A stretch of 64,000 bases of DNA from Methyloprofundus sp. (lineage in GTDB: Bacteria; Pseudomonadota; Gammaproteobacteria; Methylococcales; Methylomonadaceae). Location of the stretch: NCBI RefSeq assembly GCF_965251085.1, contig NZ_OZ252594.1, positions 1,545,859 to 1,609,858 of the forward strand. The letters are read 5' to 3'. Of the stretch, positions 20,773 to 31,366 are shown piece after piece. How positions within the stretch are numbered: position 1 is the stretch's first letter; every line of letters begins with the position of its first letter. The notes under the pieces are model-generated. The model saw nothing but the letters and a program-made list of their open reading frames with translations. It did not search any database and had not been told where the DNA came from. The position numbers and the translations under genes are program-made.

Positions 20773-20917
20773 GTTCCTGCGCGCTTTTAGCAGGAATCTT
20801 GTTGACGAAACAATACCTGATTTCCCAGAACTCTTAGCTTTACTTCGTCATCCTATGCTTTAGCAGGAATCTCTTAGGTTAAGCACAGATTTCCGACAAA
20901 AGACTTCGGGAATAACG
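20773..20917. repeat. ATTCCC/GGGAAT-type hairpin repeats, reverse of 10801..10876
   Basis: cgtcatcctatgctttagcaggaatc...gatttccgacaaaagacttcgggaataacg plus an extra half copy. Confidence 0.7.
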
Positions 20918-21074
20918 TGACTCTTAACATGCTGTTATTTTAAACGTTTTTTAACCTGTAAAAATCAGTTGCTTACGTTTTATAGGTTTAATATGGCTGT
21001 GACTTGTATGTAATCAGGATGATTTTTATTAGCGAATTTGCACAGTGCTATGTAAATAAAAAGGTGCACGAGTT

Positions 21075-22958
21075 ATGACAATTATTATGAAGATTTTTTA
21101 TGTCTGGTTTTTTCTAGGACTGTTACCTTGCTCCTCACTCTATGCTGATACACCCCCAGCATTGGCACCGGGCTATAGTCCCTTAGCCTTTAAAATCCCA
21201 CAGGCAGGTAGTTACGATCTACCTGTTATTAGTATGGCTACGGATGGAGAAGTGTTAACAACAGCGAGTCAGGTTCGTCACCTATACGAATTAATGGGCG
21301 ATAAAATTACCTTATTAAGCTTTATCTATTCTACCTGTAGTGATGTTAATGGTTGCCCATTAGCGACACAGGTATTTCATAAAATTAACCGGCGTTTACA
21401 AAAAGAGCCTGGTTTAGCCGACAAATTGCGCTTACTGACCTTAAGCTTTAATCCTGAGCACGATACGCCAGCAGCAATGAGCCGGTATGCATCTGGTTTT
21501 ACCAATGCTAAAGTGGATTGGCGGTTTCTTACCACTCAGTCAGAGCGACAACTGCAGCCTATTCTGGATCAATACCAGCAGGCAGTGCTAAAAATATATG
21601 ATAAAAATGGGGCGTTTACTGGAACGTTTTCACATATTCTGCGTGTTTATTTGATAGATACAGATAAACAAATACGCAATATCTATAGCGTTTCTTTTCT
21701 GCATGCGGATACATTGATTAATGATGTAAAAACTTTGCTTAATGAAGCTAGTATTGAAAAAGAAACAGCATCCTCGGTTAATTTTCTGCCATTTCAAGCA
21801 GGTTATAATAAGCAAAACTATGCTCAGAAAAACTATCAAACTCAAACTATTTCACTGCTAGAACGTCAGGGACAAGAGGCTGATTTACTCAGTTATATCA
21901 AGACAGTTCCTTTAGGTTTGCCTGCCGTACCCATTCCCGCCAGTAATCCTGTGAATGCTGAAAAAATAGCATTGGGTAGAAAACTGTTCTTTGATCGGCG
22001 CCTTTCACTAAATAATACTTTTTCCTGTGCTATGTGTCATATCCCGGAGCAAGGTTTTAGCAGTAATGAAATGACAACTGCTGTTGGCATAGAAGGACGT
22101 AGCGTGCGGCGAAATAGTCCGACTATCTATAATGTCGCCTATGCGACCTTGTTGTTTCACGATGGCCGGGAAAATACGCTAGAGCAACAGGTCTGGGGAC
22201 CACTACTGGCACATAATGAAATGGGTAATCCCTCTATAGGCTATGTGGTTGATAAAATTAAAGCCTTAGATGATTATCAAGAGCAATTTGAACAAAGCTT
22301 TAACACCGGCCCGGACATGCGCACGATAGGCGAGGCATTGGCCAGTTATCAACGTAGCCTGGTATCAGCCGATTCAGCATTTGATCGCTGGTATTATGCT
22401 AAACAGGATAGCGCGGTCAGTGAAAAAATTAAACGTGGCTTTGCCCTGTTTAAAGGCAAGGGCACTTGTAGTCTGTGTCATACCGTTGAGAAAAACTTTG
22501 CATTATTTACTGATAATCAAATGCATAATACAGGCATCGGTTATCGAGAATCCATGCAAAAAACACCCGAAAAGCAAAAAATACAAGTAGCACCGGGCGT
22601 ATTTATAGACGTAGAGAGCAAGCAGATTACTGCTGTTGCAGAACCCAAACCGGGTGATTTAGGCCGCTATGAAATTACCCAGGATCCACAAGACAGGTGG
22701 AAATACAAAACCCCGAGCTTGCGTAATATCGCTTTAACAGCACCGTATATGCACAATGGCTCATTATCAACTTTGACTGATGTAGTCATGTTTTATAACA
22801 AGGGTGGGGTGAGTAATGAAACGCTAGATCCTTTAATTAAGCCATTGCATTTAAACGCCAACGAAATTAATGATTTAGTTGCCTTTTTACAAGCGCTAAC
22901 GGGAGGAAATGTACAACAACTGGTAGCCGACGCTTATGCTGCGCCAGTGGGGAATTAG
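21075..22958 (+). CDS. SCO1/SenC domain fused to a MauG/di-heme cytochrome c peroxidase domain
   Basis: TCSDVNGCP and FSHILRVYLID (SCO); two heme motifs CAMCH and CSLCH; KTPSLRN and PYMHNG. Confidence 0.88.
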   Translation: MTIIMKIFYVWFFLGLLPCSSLYADTPPALAPGYSPLAFKIPQAGSYDLPVISMATDGEVLTTASQVRHLYELMGDKITLLSFIYSTCSDVNGCPLATQVFHKINRRLQKEPGLADKLRLLTLSFNPEHDTPAAMSRYASGFTNAKVDWRFLTTQSERQLQPILDQYQQAVLKIYDKNGAFTGTFSHILRVYLIDTDKQIRNIYSVSFLHADTLINDVKTLLNEASIEKETASSVNFLPFQAGYNKQNYAQKNYQTQTISLLERQGQEADLLSYIKTVPLGLPAVPIPASNPVNAEKIALGRKLFFDRRLSLNNTFSCAMCHIPEQGFSSNEMTTAVGIEGRSVRRNSPTIYNVAYATLLFHDGRENTLEQQVWGPLLAHNEMGNPSIGYVVDKIKALDDYQEQFEQSFNTGPDMRTIGEALASYQRSLVSADSAFDRWYYAKQDSAVSEKIKRGFALFKGKGTCSLCHTVEKNFALFTDNQMHNTGIGYRESMQKTPEKQKIQVAPGVFIDVESKQITAVAEPKPGDLGRYEITQDPQDRWKYKTPSLRNIALTAPYMHNGSLSTLTDVVMFYNKGGVSNETLDPLIKPLHLNANEINDLVAFLQALTGGNVQQLVADAYAAPVGN

Positions 22959-23022
22959 GCATCCTTCATAGAAAGCCAAAAGTAGTTTACATATACAACG
23001 ATAAGCCCATCTTAAAAAACTG

Positions 23023-23139
23023 TCCACGAAAGACACGAAAAGCACGAAAATATTTTTAACGGGTGACCATGCTATACGCTACCTTCAAAAGAATATGGAG
23101 GATGCCGTCAATTTTCGTGTCTTTCGTAATTTTCGTGGA
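23023..23139. repeat. Inverted pair of 9-bp-period triplets (cacgaaa)3
   Basis: tccacgaaagacacgaaaagcacgaaaa ... ttttcgtgtctttcgtaattttcgtgga around a ~60-bp spacer. Confidence 0.7.
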
Positions 23140-23382
23140 TAAAAGTGTAAACAGAAAAATGAAAGGTGCCGGAAATTAGTCTACCTTGAGCGCAAAGTAG
23201 TGTTTATAGCCTGTAGATAATTCAATCCATCATGAAATTTTTTATTGGCAATTGTTGGCTTGATTGATAATATATTGATACAAGCACGACTAGCGTAGAA
23301 CTGATTGATATTCGCTTTGTCCACTTTTTGAACTCAGATATTTGGCGTAATTGCCAATATCCATTATAGAGAGAATAAGTAT

Positions 23383-24882
23383 ATGCCAACTAATATGTCT
23401 GAAATTAAACAATTTATTGCTGACGGGTCTTTGCTTGCCATGGATAATCCTTTATTTGTTGGCGCCTTGGTACTCGTTGTATGGTTTTTAGCCGCAGTAT
23501 TGTATAACTTAAAAATGCTGGGCATAAAAAAGCAGTTAAAAACAGCTGAACAAGGACATCTTGAAGTAAAAGAAAAACTATCAGCTGCTGAGAAACTAGC
23601 TAAACAACAGGAAGATAAACTGACTAGCGATACAGAACAAATGCTTAAAGATAAGCAATTTATGACAGATACCGAAGATAAAATATCAGCACGTAATCAG
23701 GCGGTCGTTGCTAATATTCGAGCTATTGCAACCCGGTTTGATTTAAGTGAGCAGCTTGTTGATTCCGAAAAAACCATGAAAGACGAATTTATCTGGCAAC
23801 AACAAGATAATATTATTCAACAACTAGGTGACCGTCTGAATGCTGCGCAACAGGAAATTGCACAAACGGGTGAAAAAGATTCTTTGATTACTAACTTGCA
23901 AAATTCTTTGGATATGCAAACTAAGCAATTTGCCCAGTTAGAGCAGGCCATTGAAGTGCAAAAACAAGAGCAGCAAGAACACCAAAAAGAAGTTCAACAA
24001 CAATTAAGCAATACTTTGGAAAAACATCAGCTGGATTTCACTCAGCTGATTGAAACCGTGCAAAATAAATTACCAGCTATTGATAACTCACAACAGGATA
24101 AACAAGCATCAGAACAAACAAGTCAGTCACAAGTAAGCCAGTCACAAGTAACTAAGCAAGAACATATTGCTGAGCAACAAATCGTTGAGTTTAGTGCAAT
24201 TGAACCAGTGAATGATATTAATGCGGAAAATGAAACGACAGCGATTCCTGAGATTCTGGAGAGTGTAGCTAAATTAGAAAACATCCTGGAACAAAGGGAA
24301 CAGAATGAAGATCAAGATGGAACAAGTTCAACTGAGCTTCCGCTTGATCCTGAAATTGATGTTGATAGTGAACCTAACAATTTAGTTCAAGACCTGTTGA
24401 ATATCGCAGAACCTACTTTCAGCACAGCGATAGAAAATGAGCCTAGGGATACTGGTAATAAGGTATCGGAGGAGACTAAATCCAGCTCGAATATCGCCAG
24501 TAAATTCAAAAATTTATTGGGAAAGGTTAAAAAGTCCGATGCAACAAATAAAACCGAATCTAGCCCTCAAACCCTTACGGCTGATGAATTAATTGTTAGC
24601 AATGAAATTAAAAGCGAATCTACAAAGGTATCTGGGAAATTTAAGAGCTTGTTAAGTAAAGCCAAAAAAACCAATACCAAAACCGAGCCGGAGCAACAGG
24701 TTGATTCATTTACGGTCGAAGACACCAATGTTCCTGAAGTAGAACAGCAAATTGAGACCTTTACTAGCGAACATTTTAAAGAGCCTGAAGTAGAAGAGGT
24801 TCCTGTAGAAACCGACTACGGTACATCTAATTTTAAGATGCCTGGAGCTCTTAAAAAAATGTTTGGCAAAGCAAAGAAATAA
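23383..24882 (+). CDS. Membrane-anchored coiled-coil protein with an acidic disordered tail
   Basis: One N-terminal TM helix, Q/E-rich coiled coil, three KFKxLLxKxKK-like repeats. Confidence 0.8.
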   Translation: MPTNMSEIKQFIADGSLLAMDNPLFVGALVLVVWFLAAVLYNLKMLGIKKQLKTAEQGHLEVKEKLSAAEKLAKQQEDKLTSDTEQMLKDKQFMTDTEDKISARNQAVVANIRAIATRFDLSEQLVDSEKTMKDEFIWQQQDNIIQQLGDRLNAAQQEIAQTGEKDSLITNLQNSLDMQTKQFAQLEQAIEVQKQEQQEHQKEVQQQLSNTLEKHQLDFTQLIETVQNKLPAIDNSQQDKQASEQTSQSQVSQSQVTKQEHIAEQQIVEFSAIEPVNDINAENETTAIPEILESVAKLENILEQREQNEDQDGTSSTELPLDPEIDVDSEPNNLVQDLLNIAEPTFSTAIENEPRDTGNKVSEETKSSSNIASKFKNLLGKVKKSDATNKTESSPQTLTADELIVSNEIKSESTKVSGKFKSLLSKAKKTNTKTEPEQQVDSFTVEDTNVPEVEQQIETFTSEHFKEPEVEEVPVETDYGTSNFKMPGALKKMFGKAKK

Positions 24883-24925
24883 GCTTGTAGGTTCACGCTA
24901 TGCTATAGACATTCTATAGGGGGTC

Positions 24926-25047
24926 GGATGGGTAGAACGTCTTTTTTGCGACTCGTAAGAGCTCGAAGAGAAACCCATCATTTTACGTGGGATCGATGGG
25001 TTTCGCTACGCACCAAAAAAACCGATGCTACGCTCTACCCATCCTAC
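24926..25047. repeat. REP doublet (ggatgggtag...ctacccatcctac)
   Basis: Similar to 37185..37311, including the internal gactcg-aagagc hairpin. Confidence 0.75.
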
Positions 25048-25096
25048 GGAAATGTTAAACAATGAACTGTTCAAATATCTTCTATTAAATATTCAT

Positions 25097-25609
25097 ATGT
25101 CACGCTGGAAAGCCCCTAGACCTATATCATCGCCATACATCACTCCCGCTGGCTACCAACGCTTAGAGCAGGAATTAAAAAACTTATGGCTGAAACGTAA
25201 AAATGTAGTTGTAGCTTTATCTGCAGCCGCCGCTGAAGGTGATCGATCTGAAAATGCTGAATACATTTATCGCAAAAAGGAGTTGCGAGGGATAGACGGG
25301 CGCATTCATTTTTTACAAAAACGCATGCCAACGCTGAATATAATTTCAGCTATGCCCGCTGATCAAGAAAAAATCTTTTTTTCTGCCTGGATATTACTAG
25401 AGACTGATAAAAACGAGGAAGTGTTATATCGTATTGTAGGTGCCGATGAGTTTGAAATGGATAAACGCTATATTAGCCTTGATTCGCCGCTAGCTCAGGC
25501 CTTACTAAAAAAGACCTTTGATGATCAGATACTCATTAGAAACGAGTTTCAAGAGACTCAATATACGGTAATAGATATTCAATATGGGCTTGAATTTGAG
25601 AATGAGTAA
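25097..25609 (+). CDS. greB: Transcription elongation factor GreB
   Basis: YITPAGY, AAAEGDRSENAEY and ISLDSPLAQAL; start moved to 25097 because the track's extension is REP sequence. Confidence 0.92.
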   Translation: MSRWKAPRPISSPYITPAGYQRLEQELKNLWLKRKNVVVALSAAAAEGDRSENAEYIYRKKELRGIDGRIHFLQKRMPTLNIISAMPADQEKIFFSAWILLETDKNEEVLYRIVGADEFEMDKRYISLDSPLAQALLKKTFDDQILIRNEFQETQYTVIDIQYGLEFENE

Positions 25610-25792
25610 ATATGCTGACAATGGGAATGATTTATAAGCTTACAAAACAGAGGTCACATTCAGTCTTATAATGAATAAATCAGTAAAATTAGATTAAAAA
25701 ATTCTAGTTAGGGTGGATTACAATGGGAATTGAAGAAATTAAAGAAATTAAAGAAATTTTGTCACGAACCTATGTTTTTAATGGTGACTTAT

Positions 25793-27070
25793 TCACCTTC
25801 CTTGTTCTTTATTTGCAAATTTTAATTTTTGTATGATTGCAACCAAAGCCGTCAACATTACGGCCCCTGTAATCACCCCCACAGACACCAGCATATTACT
25901 AAGCCATTCTGGTTTTAGCAGTAATATAATTCCTAGTCCGAACATCATGCTACCCGAGAGTAGTTTTAATAAGCGTCCACCTTCAGCAGATAATTTTCTC
26001 TGCCCCATCGTTAGCGTAAAAATTATGACTATCGCTAATAAAGGAATAATATAGACAATATTGTATAAGGCTAGATATAGGTAATACTGCGTTGAGTTAA
26101 GTTCATTCAGGGTTAATACGCGGGTATATACCATGGGTAGGCCGGCGGTGCAGATTAATTCATAACTATTGGCAGCAATCGCGAGAATTATGGTTGCAGA
26201 AATCATTGTCACCCAGTTACCGCTTTGGGTGAGAGCGCGTATTCGGGTAAACAGTCTGGATCGATTAGTATCAGACAATGATAGGGAAATACCGCGTTTA
26301 AAAAAGAAATAATCCTTGATATTGATCAAGCCAAAGCTGATGGCAATCAGTCCTGCTGCAGAAGTAATAATGATCAGCTCTTCAGTAATAAGAAACAGGT
26401 TCAGCCAGGCGCTCATAAACAGGAAGTACATGACTCCAGAGCACACTACAAAAGTGCAGCCTATGACTAGCATTCTAGCGCGACTCCGATGATGCACCAT
26501 TAAACTGAGTAAAAAAAGCAGAATAAAAAAAGCACAGGGGTTAAACGCATCCAGAGCAGCTATAATCAAGGTAAATACAGGTAGAGAAAAGTCCTGATAA
26601 TGAATATTTCCCAATCCAGGTATATTAAAATTTTCTTGTACTTCCGGAGTGCTTTGTTGTTGATGGCAGGCGAGGAGTTTTTCTTTGAGTTCCTGGCCCG
26701 TGGTTTCTGCGTGGTCATAACCGACTATCATTTGACCACAGAAGATAAAGGCAGGTACTGAATTTGCGGGTTGTTGTAATTGCTGCGCCATGAGTAAATA
26801 ATGCTTCTGATTAATGCGGCTATCCACAAGATCATAACTATGCACTGTTAACCAGGGGTATAACTTAGGAAGGTTATTAATTAACGGCTTGGCATCTTCA
26901 CAATGGGGGCAATACCGCGACCAGAAATAAGACAGAGTAACCTGATTGGAAACTTGTGATTTTGCACTGCTAGCGGCTTTTAGATTTGTCGATGTCAGCA
27001 AACTAGTCAATATTATTAGAGTGATAATAGGAATGATAGTTTGTAGATATTGATTAGGTCTGTATGACAT
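25793..27070 (-). CDS. Periplasmic thioredoxin/glutaredoxin domain fused to a CcdA/DsbD-like membrane domain
   Basis: CPHC; DAFNPCAF and YELICTAGLP membrane cysteines; start taken at MSYRPNQ. Confidence 0.75.
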   Translation of the reverse strand: MSYRPNQYLQTIIPIITLIILTSLLTSTNLKAASSAKSQVSNQVTLSYFWSRYCPHCEDAKPLINNLPKLYPWLTVHSYDLVDSRINQKHYLLMAQQLQQPANSVPAFIFCGQMIVGYDHAETTGQELKEKLLACHQQQSTPEVQENFNIPGLGNIHYQDFSLPVFTLIIAALDAFNPCAFFILLFLLSLMVHHRSRARMLVIGCTFVVCSGVMYFLFMSAWLNLFLITEELIIITSAAGLIAISFGLINIKDYFFFKRGISLSLSDTNRSRLFTRIRALTQSGNWVTMISATIILAIAANSYELICTAGLPMVYTRVLTLNELNSTQYYLYLALYNIVYIIPLLAIVIIFTLTMGQRKLSAEGGRLLKLLSGSMMFGLGIILLLKPEWLSNMLVSVGVITGAVMLTALVAIIQKLKFANKEQGR

Positions 27071-27170
27071 AACTTTGTAAGCAAAACTGATTAGGAAGCC
27101 TCGGTTGAAAGCTGAGAGTTGACAAGATAACATCTTTTAAGCATCATCAATAATAAAACCTAAAAAAAAT

Positions 27171-28706
27171 ATGAGTATTGATACCTTAACTGTCCGCCGG
27201 GTTGAAATAGACACCTACCATGAGAATGTTGCTTATTTAAATCGTAATTGCAGCACATATAGAGCAGAGGGCTTTCAGGCCTTGTCTAAAATTGAAGTCA
27301 GTGTGAATGGCACACGGTTACTGGCTGTGCTCAATGTGGTTGATGATAATTCTATTGTTCTGCCTGGTGAGCTGGGTTTATCGCAACAAGCATTTAAACA
27401 TTTATGCGTCGATGAAGGAACGCTGATTACTGTTAACCATGCTGAACCTCCCAAGTCGATGGACGCTGTACGACGCAAAATTAACGGTGAACGACTTAGC
27501 CAGGAAGACTTTGATGATATTAGCAATGATATAGTCGAAACCCGCTATTCGAAAATGGAAATGGCTGCTTTTCTGGTGGCTACTGGGCAAAATAACCTAG
27601 ATCGGGATGAGCTGCTTTATCTAACACGGTCAATGTTGCAATCTGGCGAGAGCATAGATTGGCAGGAATCATTAGTTGCTGATAAGCATTGTATTGGCGG
27701 AATTCCTGGAAATCGTACTTCGATGTTAGTCGTGCCCATTGTTGCCGCGCATGGCATGTTAATCCCCAAAACATCCAGTCGTGCGATTACCTCACCCGCT
27801 GGTACAGCAGATACTATGGAAGTCCTTGCTAATATTAATCTTGCACCGCAACAACTACTCGATATTGTGCATATGCAGCGAGGTTGTCTGGTTTGGGGAG
27901 GGACTGCAAAATTAGCGCCGGTTGACGATATGTTAATTTCTGTGGAACGACCCTTAGGGATAGATTCGCAAGGACAAATGGTCGCTTCTATTTTATCCAA
28001 AAAACTCGCAGCGGGATCAACGCACTTGATCATCGATATTCCAGTCGGACCCACCGCGAAAGTTAGACATATGCGCCAGGCACTGGCCTTGCGTAAGTTA
28101 TTTGAATTTGTTGGTGACCAACTAAATATTCATCTGGAAGTTATGATTACCGATGGCCGTCAACCAATAGGTCTGGGCATTGGTCCAGTGCTGGAAGCTA
28201 GAGATATAATGCAGGTTTTAAATAACGATCCGAAAGCACCCACAGATTTACGTCAAAAGTCTCTACAATTGGCAGGCAGAATTATCGAGTTCGATCCCGA
28301 TGTTCGTGGTGGGCAGGGTTATGCTATTGCCCGGGACATTCTTGAGTCGGGGAGGGCTTGCGCAAAGATGAACGATATCATAAAGGCGCAAGGTGAGAAG
28401 GAAATAGATTTACAGCCGGGGAAATTATGTTATCAAGTCTGTGCCGAGCGTGACGGCATTGTTACCCATATCGATAATTTCCAGACAGCAAAAATTGCAC
28501 GGATTGCCGGTGCGCCCATGGAAAAAAAAGCGGGTGTCGATCTTTTTAAAAAATTAGGCGATCAAGTAGAAAAAGGAGAGCCTTTATATCAAATTCATGC
28601 TGAATTTGAGGCTGATTTTAATTTCGCAAAAAATCTGGCCCTGCAAAACAACGCATACAGTATAGGCGAGCATGAGCAGGTTTTAAAACCCTTGATTGCA
28701 TTTTAG
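27171..28706 (+). CDS. Thymidine phosphorylase family, AMP-phosphorylase-like long form
   Basis: N-terminal extension domain; [32 protein letters not shown] and SKKLAAG motifs. Confidence 0.88.
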   Translation: MSIDTLTVRRVEIDTYHENVAYLNRNCSTYRAEGFQALSKIEVSVNGTRLLAVLNVVDDNSIVLPGELGLSQQAFKHLCVDEGTLITVNHAEPPKSMDAVRRKINGERLSQEDFDDISNDIVETRYSKMEMAAFLVATGQNNLDRDELLYLTRSMLQSGESIDWQESLVADKHCIGGIPGNRTSMLVVPIVAAHGMLIPKTSSRAITSPAGTADTMEVLANINLAPQQLLDIVHMQRGCLVWGGTAKLAPVDDMLISVERPLGIDSQGQMVASILSKKLAAGSTHLIIDIPVGPTAKVRHMRQALALRKLFEFVGDQLNIHLEVMITDGRQPIGLGIGPVLEARDIMQVLNNDPKAPTDLRQKSLQLAGRIIEFDPDVRGGQGYAIARDILESGRACAKMNDIIKAQGEKEIDLQPGKLCYQVCAERDGIVTHIDNFQTAKIARIAGAPMEKKAGVDLFKKLGDQVEKGEPLYQIHAEFEADFNFAKNLALQNNAYSIGEHEQVLKPLIAF

Positions 28707-28717
28707 AGGTGTAATAA

Positions 28718-28891
28718 ATGCTGGTACTAGGCTTTCCGGAATATTTACCCCAGGCGCAACGTCTGGCTTCTGAGTTGAATGTTGAATTGCAACAAGTATA
28801 TCTGCATCAATTTCCCGATGGTGAAAGCTTGTTGCGTTTACCGGTTGAATTACCGGAACATATAGTTATTTGCCGTAGCCTTAATCAACCT
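28718..28891 (+). pseudogene. PRPP-synthase-like protein, 5' part (split by IS)
   Basis: HQFPDGES; frame RSLNQP resumes after the IS as NDKLIELLL. Confidence 0.88.
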
Positions 28892-31361
28892 CAGACATCT
28901 TGATTCAGACGAAACTAATTTGAGACCATTTCCTAATTTTTTGCGGATGAAGTCAGCTCATAAATTAAGCGCAGATCGGTTCCTGGATAGTTGAGTTCCG
29001 TTTGATTGAGTTGTTCAAATAACTTTTCTATTGCTTTATTACTTGCAGGTCGGGAAGTACTATGCACACGTATCCGAAGTTGTTTTTTTACTTTATCGGG
29101 TAATATATCTGCTTCTGTCACAAACAGCGTTTGTAATAGTTGCCTTGCCATCGGAAAGTCGATTGTCGGTGAGGTTAGCAGAGCGGCCATTGCTGTTTCT
29201 GCCCGATAAGCGATCATGTTGACAGTATCTATCAGCCGCTTTTTCCCTGGCAGAAGCTGTTCGAACTTATCTTCGTCTCTCAACTCTTGCCAGGTAATGT
29301 GTTTGGGCGTTTGGCTTAGTTTTTCCTTGATGGTTTTTAGTTCATTTTCATAATGCTCTATTTCTTCGAGTAATTCTGCTCGTTTTCTTTCCCATTTCTT
29401 GTATTTCACATCTTCCGTTTCATCTTTTTTAATCACCGGATGAAGTTCCATCGCTGCAAATCGAGATAGACGGTAATTGAGTTTGGATTGTATCGAATTA
29501 CGCTGTCCTTCCTGTTGGCGCCTATCAGGGTTGACCACCTTTTGGGTATCGGATAGTGGCTCTATTCCATACTCCTGTAGCATGTCTAGCCCATAGTGGT
29601 GCTTCATATATCTAAAAAAGTTCTCTTGGCACCACCGGCTAAACATTCGCCCAGAAACAGCCGTCAATTCTAGTTCATAGGCTGTGGTAATAATACTGGT
29701 TTGGTGACCAGAATCAGTCAACTTGCGCACTTCTCTCATCCACATCGCCTGTTTTCCAGTTCCAACCAGACTGCCTCGTTCGGCGAGTTTCATGATGACT
29801 TTTTCACCACTCGGTAGGGTGATCTCCTGACTGGAAAAATTGTCCAGTGGCCAATTTTCGGTGGGAAATTTATGATAGGTCATGCAAGCGACACGATGCT
29901 TGTCCCACATCTTTCTAAAGAATGCGGGGCTATAGCCTTCTCTATCAAACACCAGGATAAAACGACAGGCTTGTTTGTTTTGCTGTAATGCTTGTGCACT
30001 CGGTTGATTCGGAATGTCTTTGAGTAATCGGGGGACGATATCTTCTTCCAGCGTTTTTAGTAAGCCCGGATCCACCGTTTTTTCAACGACAAAGAAGGGA
30101 CGCCCCGTACCATCATTAACCCAGTAGTCGGTGATACCCCGTAAGCAGAGTTTTTCGCGTGAAACATGCCGTTTGGGAAGTTTAGTCAAGTGTCCATGAT
30201 AGACACGGACATGACCATCTATGTAGAGTGTTCCTGCTGCCTCTGGTTCATTTTCCATCCATTGTCGACTGAGGTCGGCCGCCCAGCTTTCAACTGATTC
30301 TGGATCAGACAGTCCTTTTACTTTGGTTCTTAAACAGCGCACTTCGGGAACCCGATCCAGGCCAAGTAGTTTGCCGAATTCACCCGGTGCATGCTCGCGA
30401 AGTTGTTCGGCATTTTTGATGCGACATAGTCCCATAAAGGCGAGTAGCAATAGGATATGAAAGGTTTGATAATAACCTGTCAGTTTGCCAAGGTGGTGCT
30501 CAATGTCATTTAATAAGCCATTGCTAAGTAACGCGGGCAATGCACATAACACACCGCCTTTAGGAACATCTAAACAGGATTCGAATTCGATTGAGGCTCC
30601 CTTTTCCTGCTCACCCAAAGCCGCCTGGATTCGCTCTTCTACTCGAGTGCAGGCCGTACCGAGTGACTCGGCTGCACTGGCATCAATAATATCACGGGCT
30701 GATTTGGTACTGCCATCATTGGGGTCTATTGATACGGCAGACTTTTTTTTAAACGTCCATCACTGATCGCCTTGCGAAAGGTATCTGCCCGGATGCCTAA
30801 TTCTTTAGCGGCTTCGTTAGGCGTCATACCTTGATCCAGATATTCCTGAGCTTGCTGCAAAACCTCAAGCGTAAAGAGTGGTCCTCCCTTGCGAGTCGGG
30901 CGAGGTTCAAAAAACGAATCAGCCCCTTTTTCTCGTAGTTGCCTTAATGAGCGCATAACACTACTTTTAGAGACACCAAAGGTTGTAATAATATCGATTG
31001 AACGACAGGAGCCGGTATTGATGAGTTGAGAGGTGTGAAGTCTAAATAATCTCTTATTGTCAGCCTGGTGAGAATAGATCGGGATACCGCCGAGGAAATA
31101 AAACCACTCATCATTTCGGTTATCAACACTGACCTGACCATTTATAATAGTCGTACCCTGAGGAATTATTGGGAGCATGAGTTGCTGCATTAATTGAATA
31201 CCTCGTATGATATGAGGGCTTAGTTTAACCTAAATGAGTACCGTTTTCATTTCTTTAGCTGAAAATATCAATCATTTGACAATAATTCCCTAACCCTTTA
31301 ATTATATTGCCTAGTTTAAGTTTTAATGGATTTCTTTCAGGATAGCGAATCAAGATGTCTG
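28892..31361 (-). mobile_element. Unclassified IS (2470 bp) with a frameshifted transposase
   Basis: Perfect 15-bp TIRs cagacatcttgattc / gaatcaagatgtctg; TSD aacct at 28887-28891 and 31362-31366. Confidence 0.92.
28933..31190 (-). CDS. Transposase in two frames (HTH ORF 30726..31190 plus DDE ORF 28933..30618), joined by a -1 shift at A8-G
   Basis: YIDGH, FDREGY and RWCQENFF motifs; TTA AAA AAA AGT near 30742-30752, with the -1 frame open (KSAVSIDPNDGSTKS...). Confidence 0.75.
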
Positions 31362-31366
31362 AACCT

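Noticed and set aside
25025-25096. N-terminal extension of GreB in the ORF track
   Set aside because: Derived partly from REP sequence; the same LRSTHPTE peptide appears in the spurious ORF at 37170
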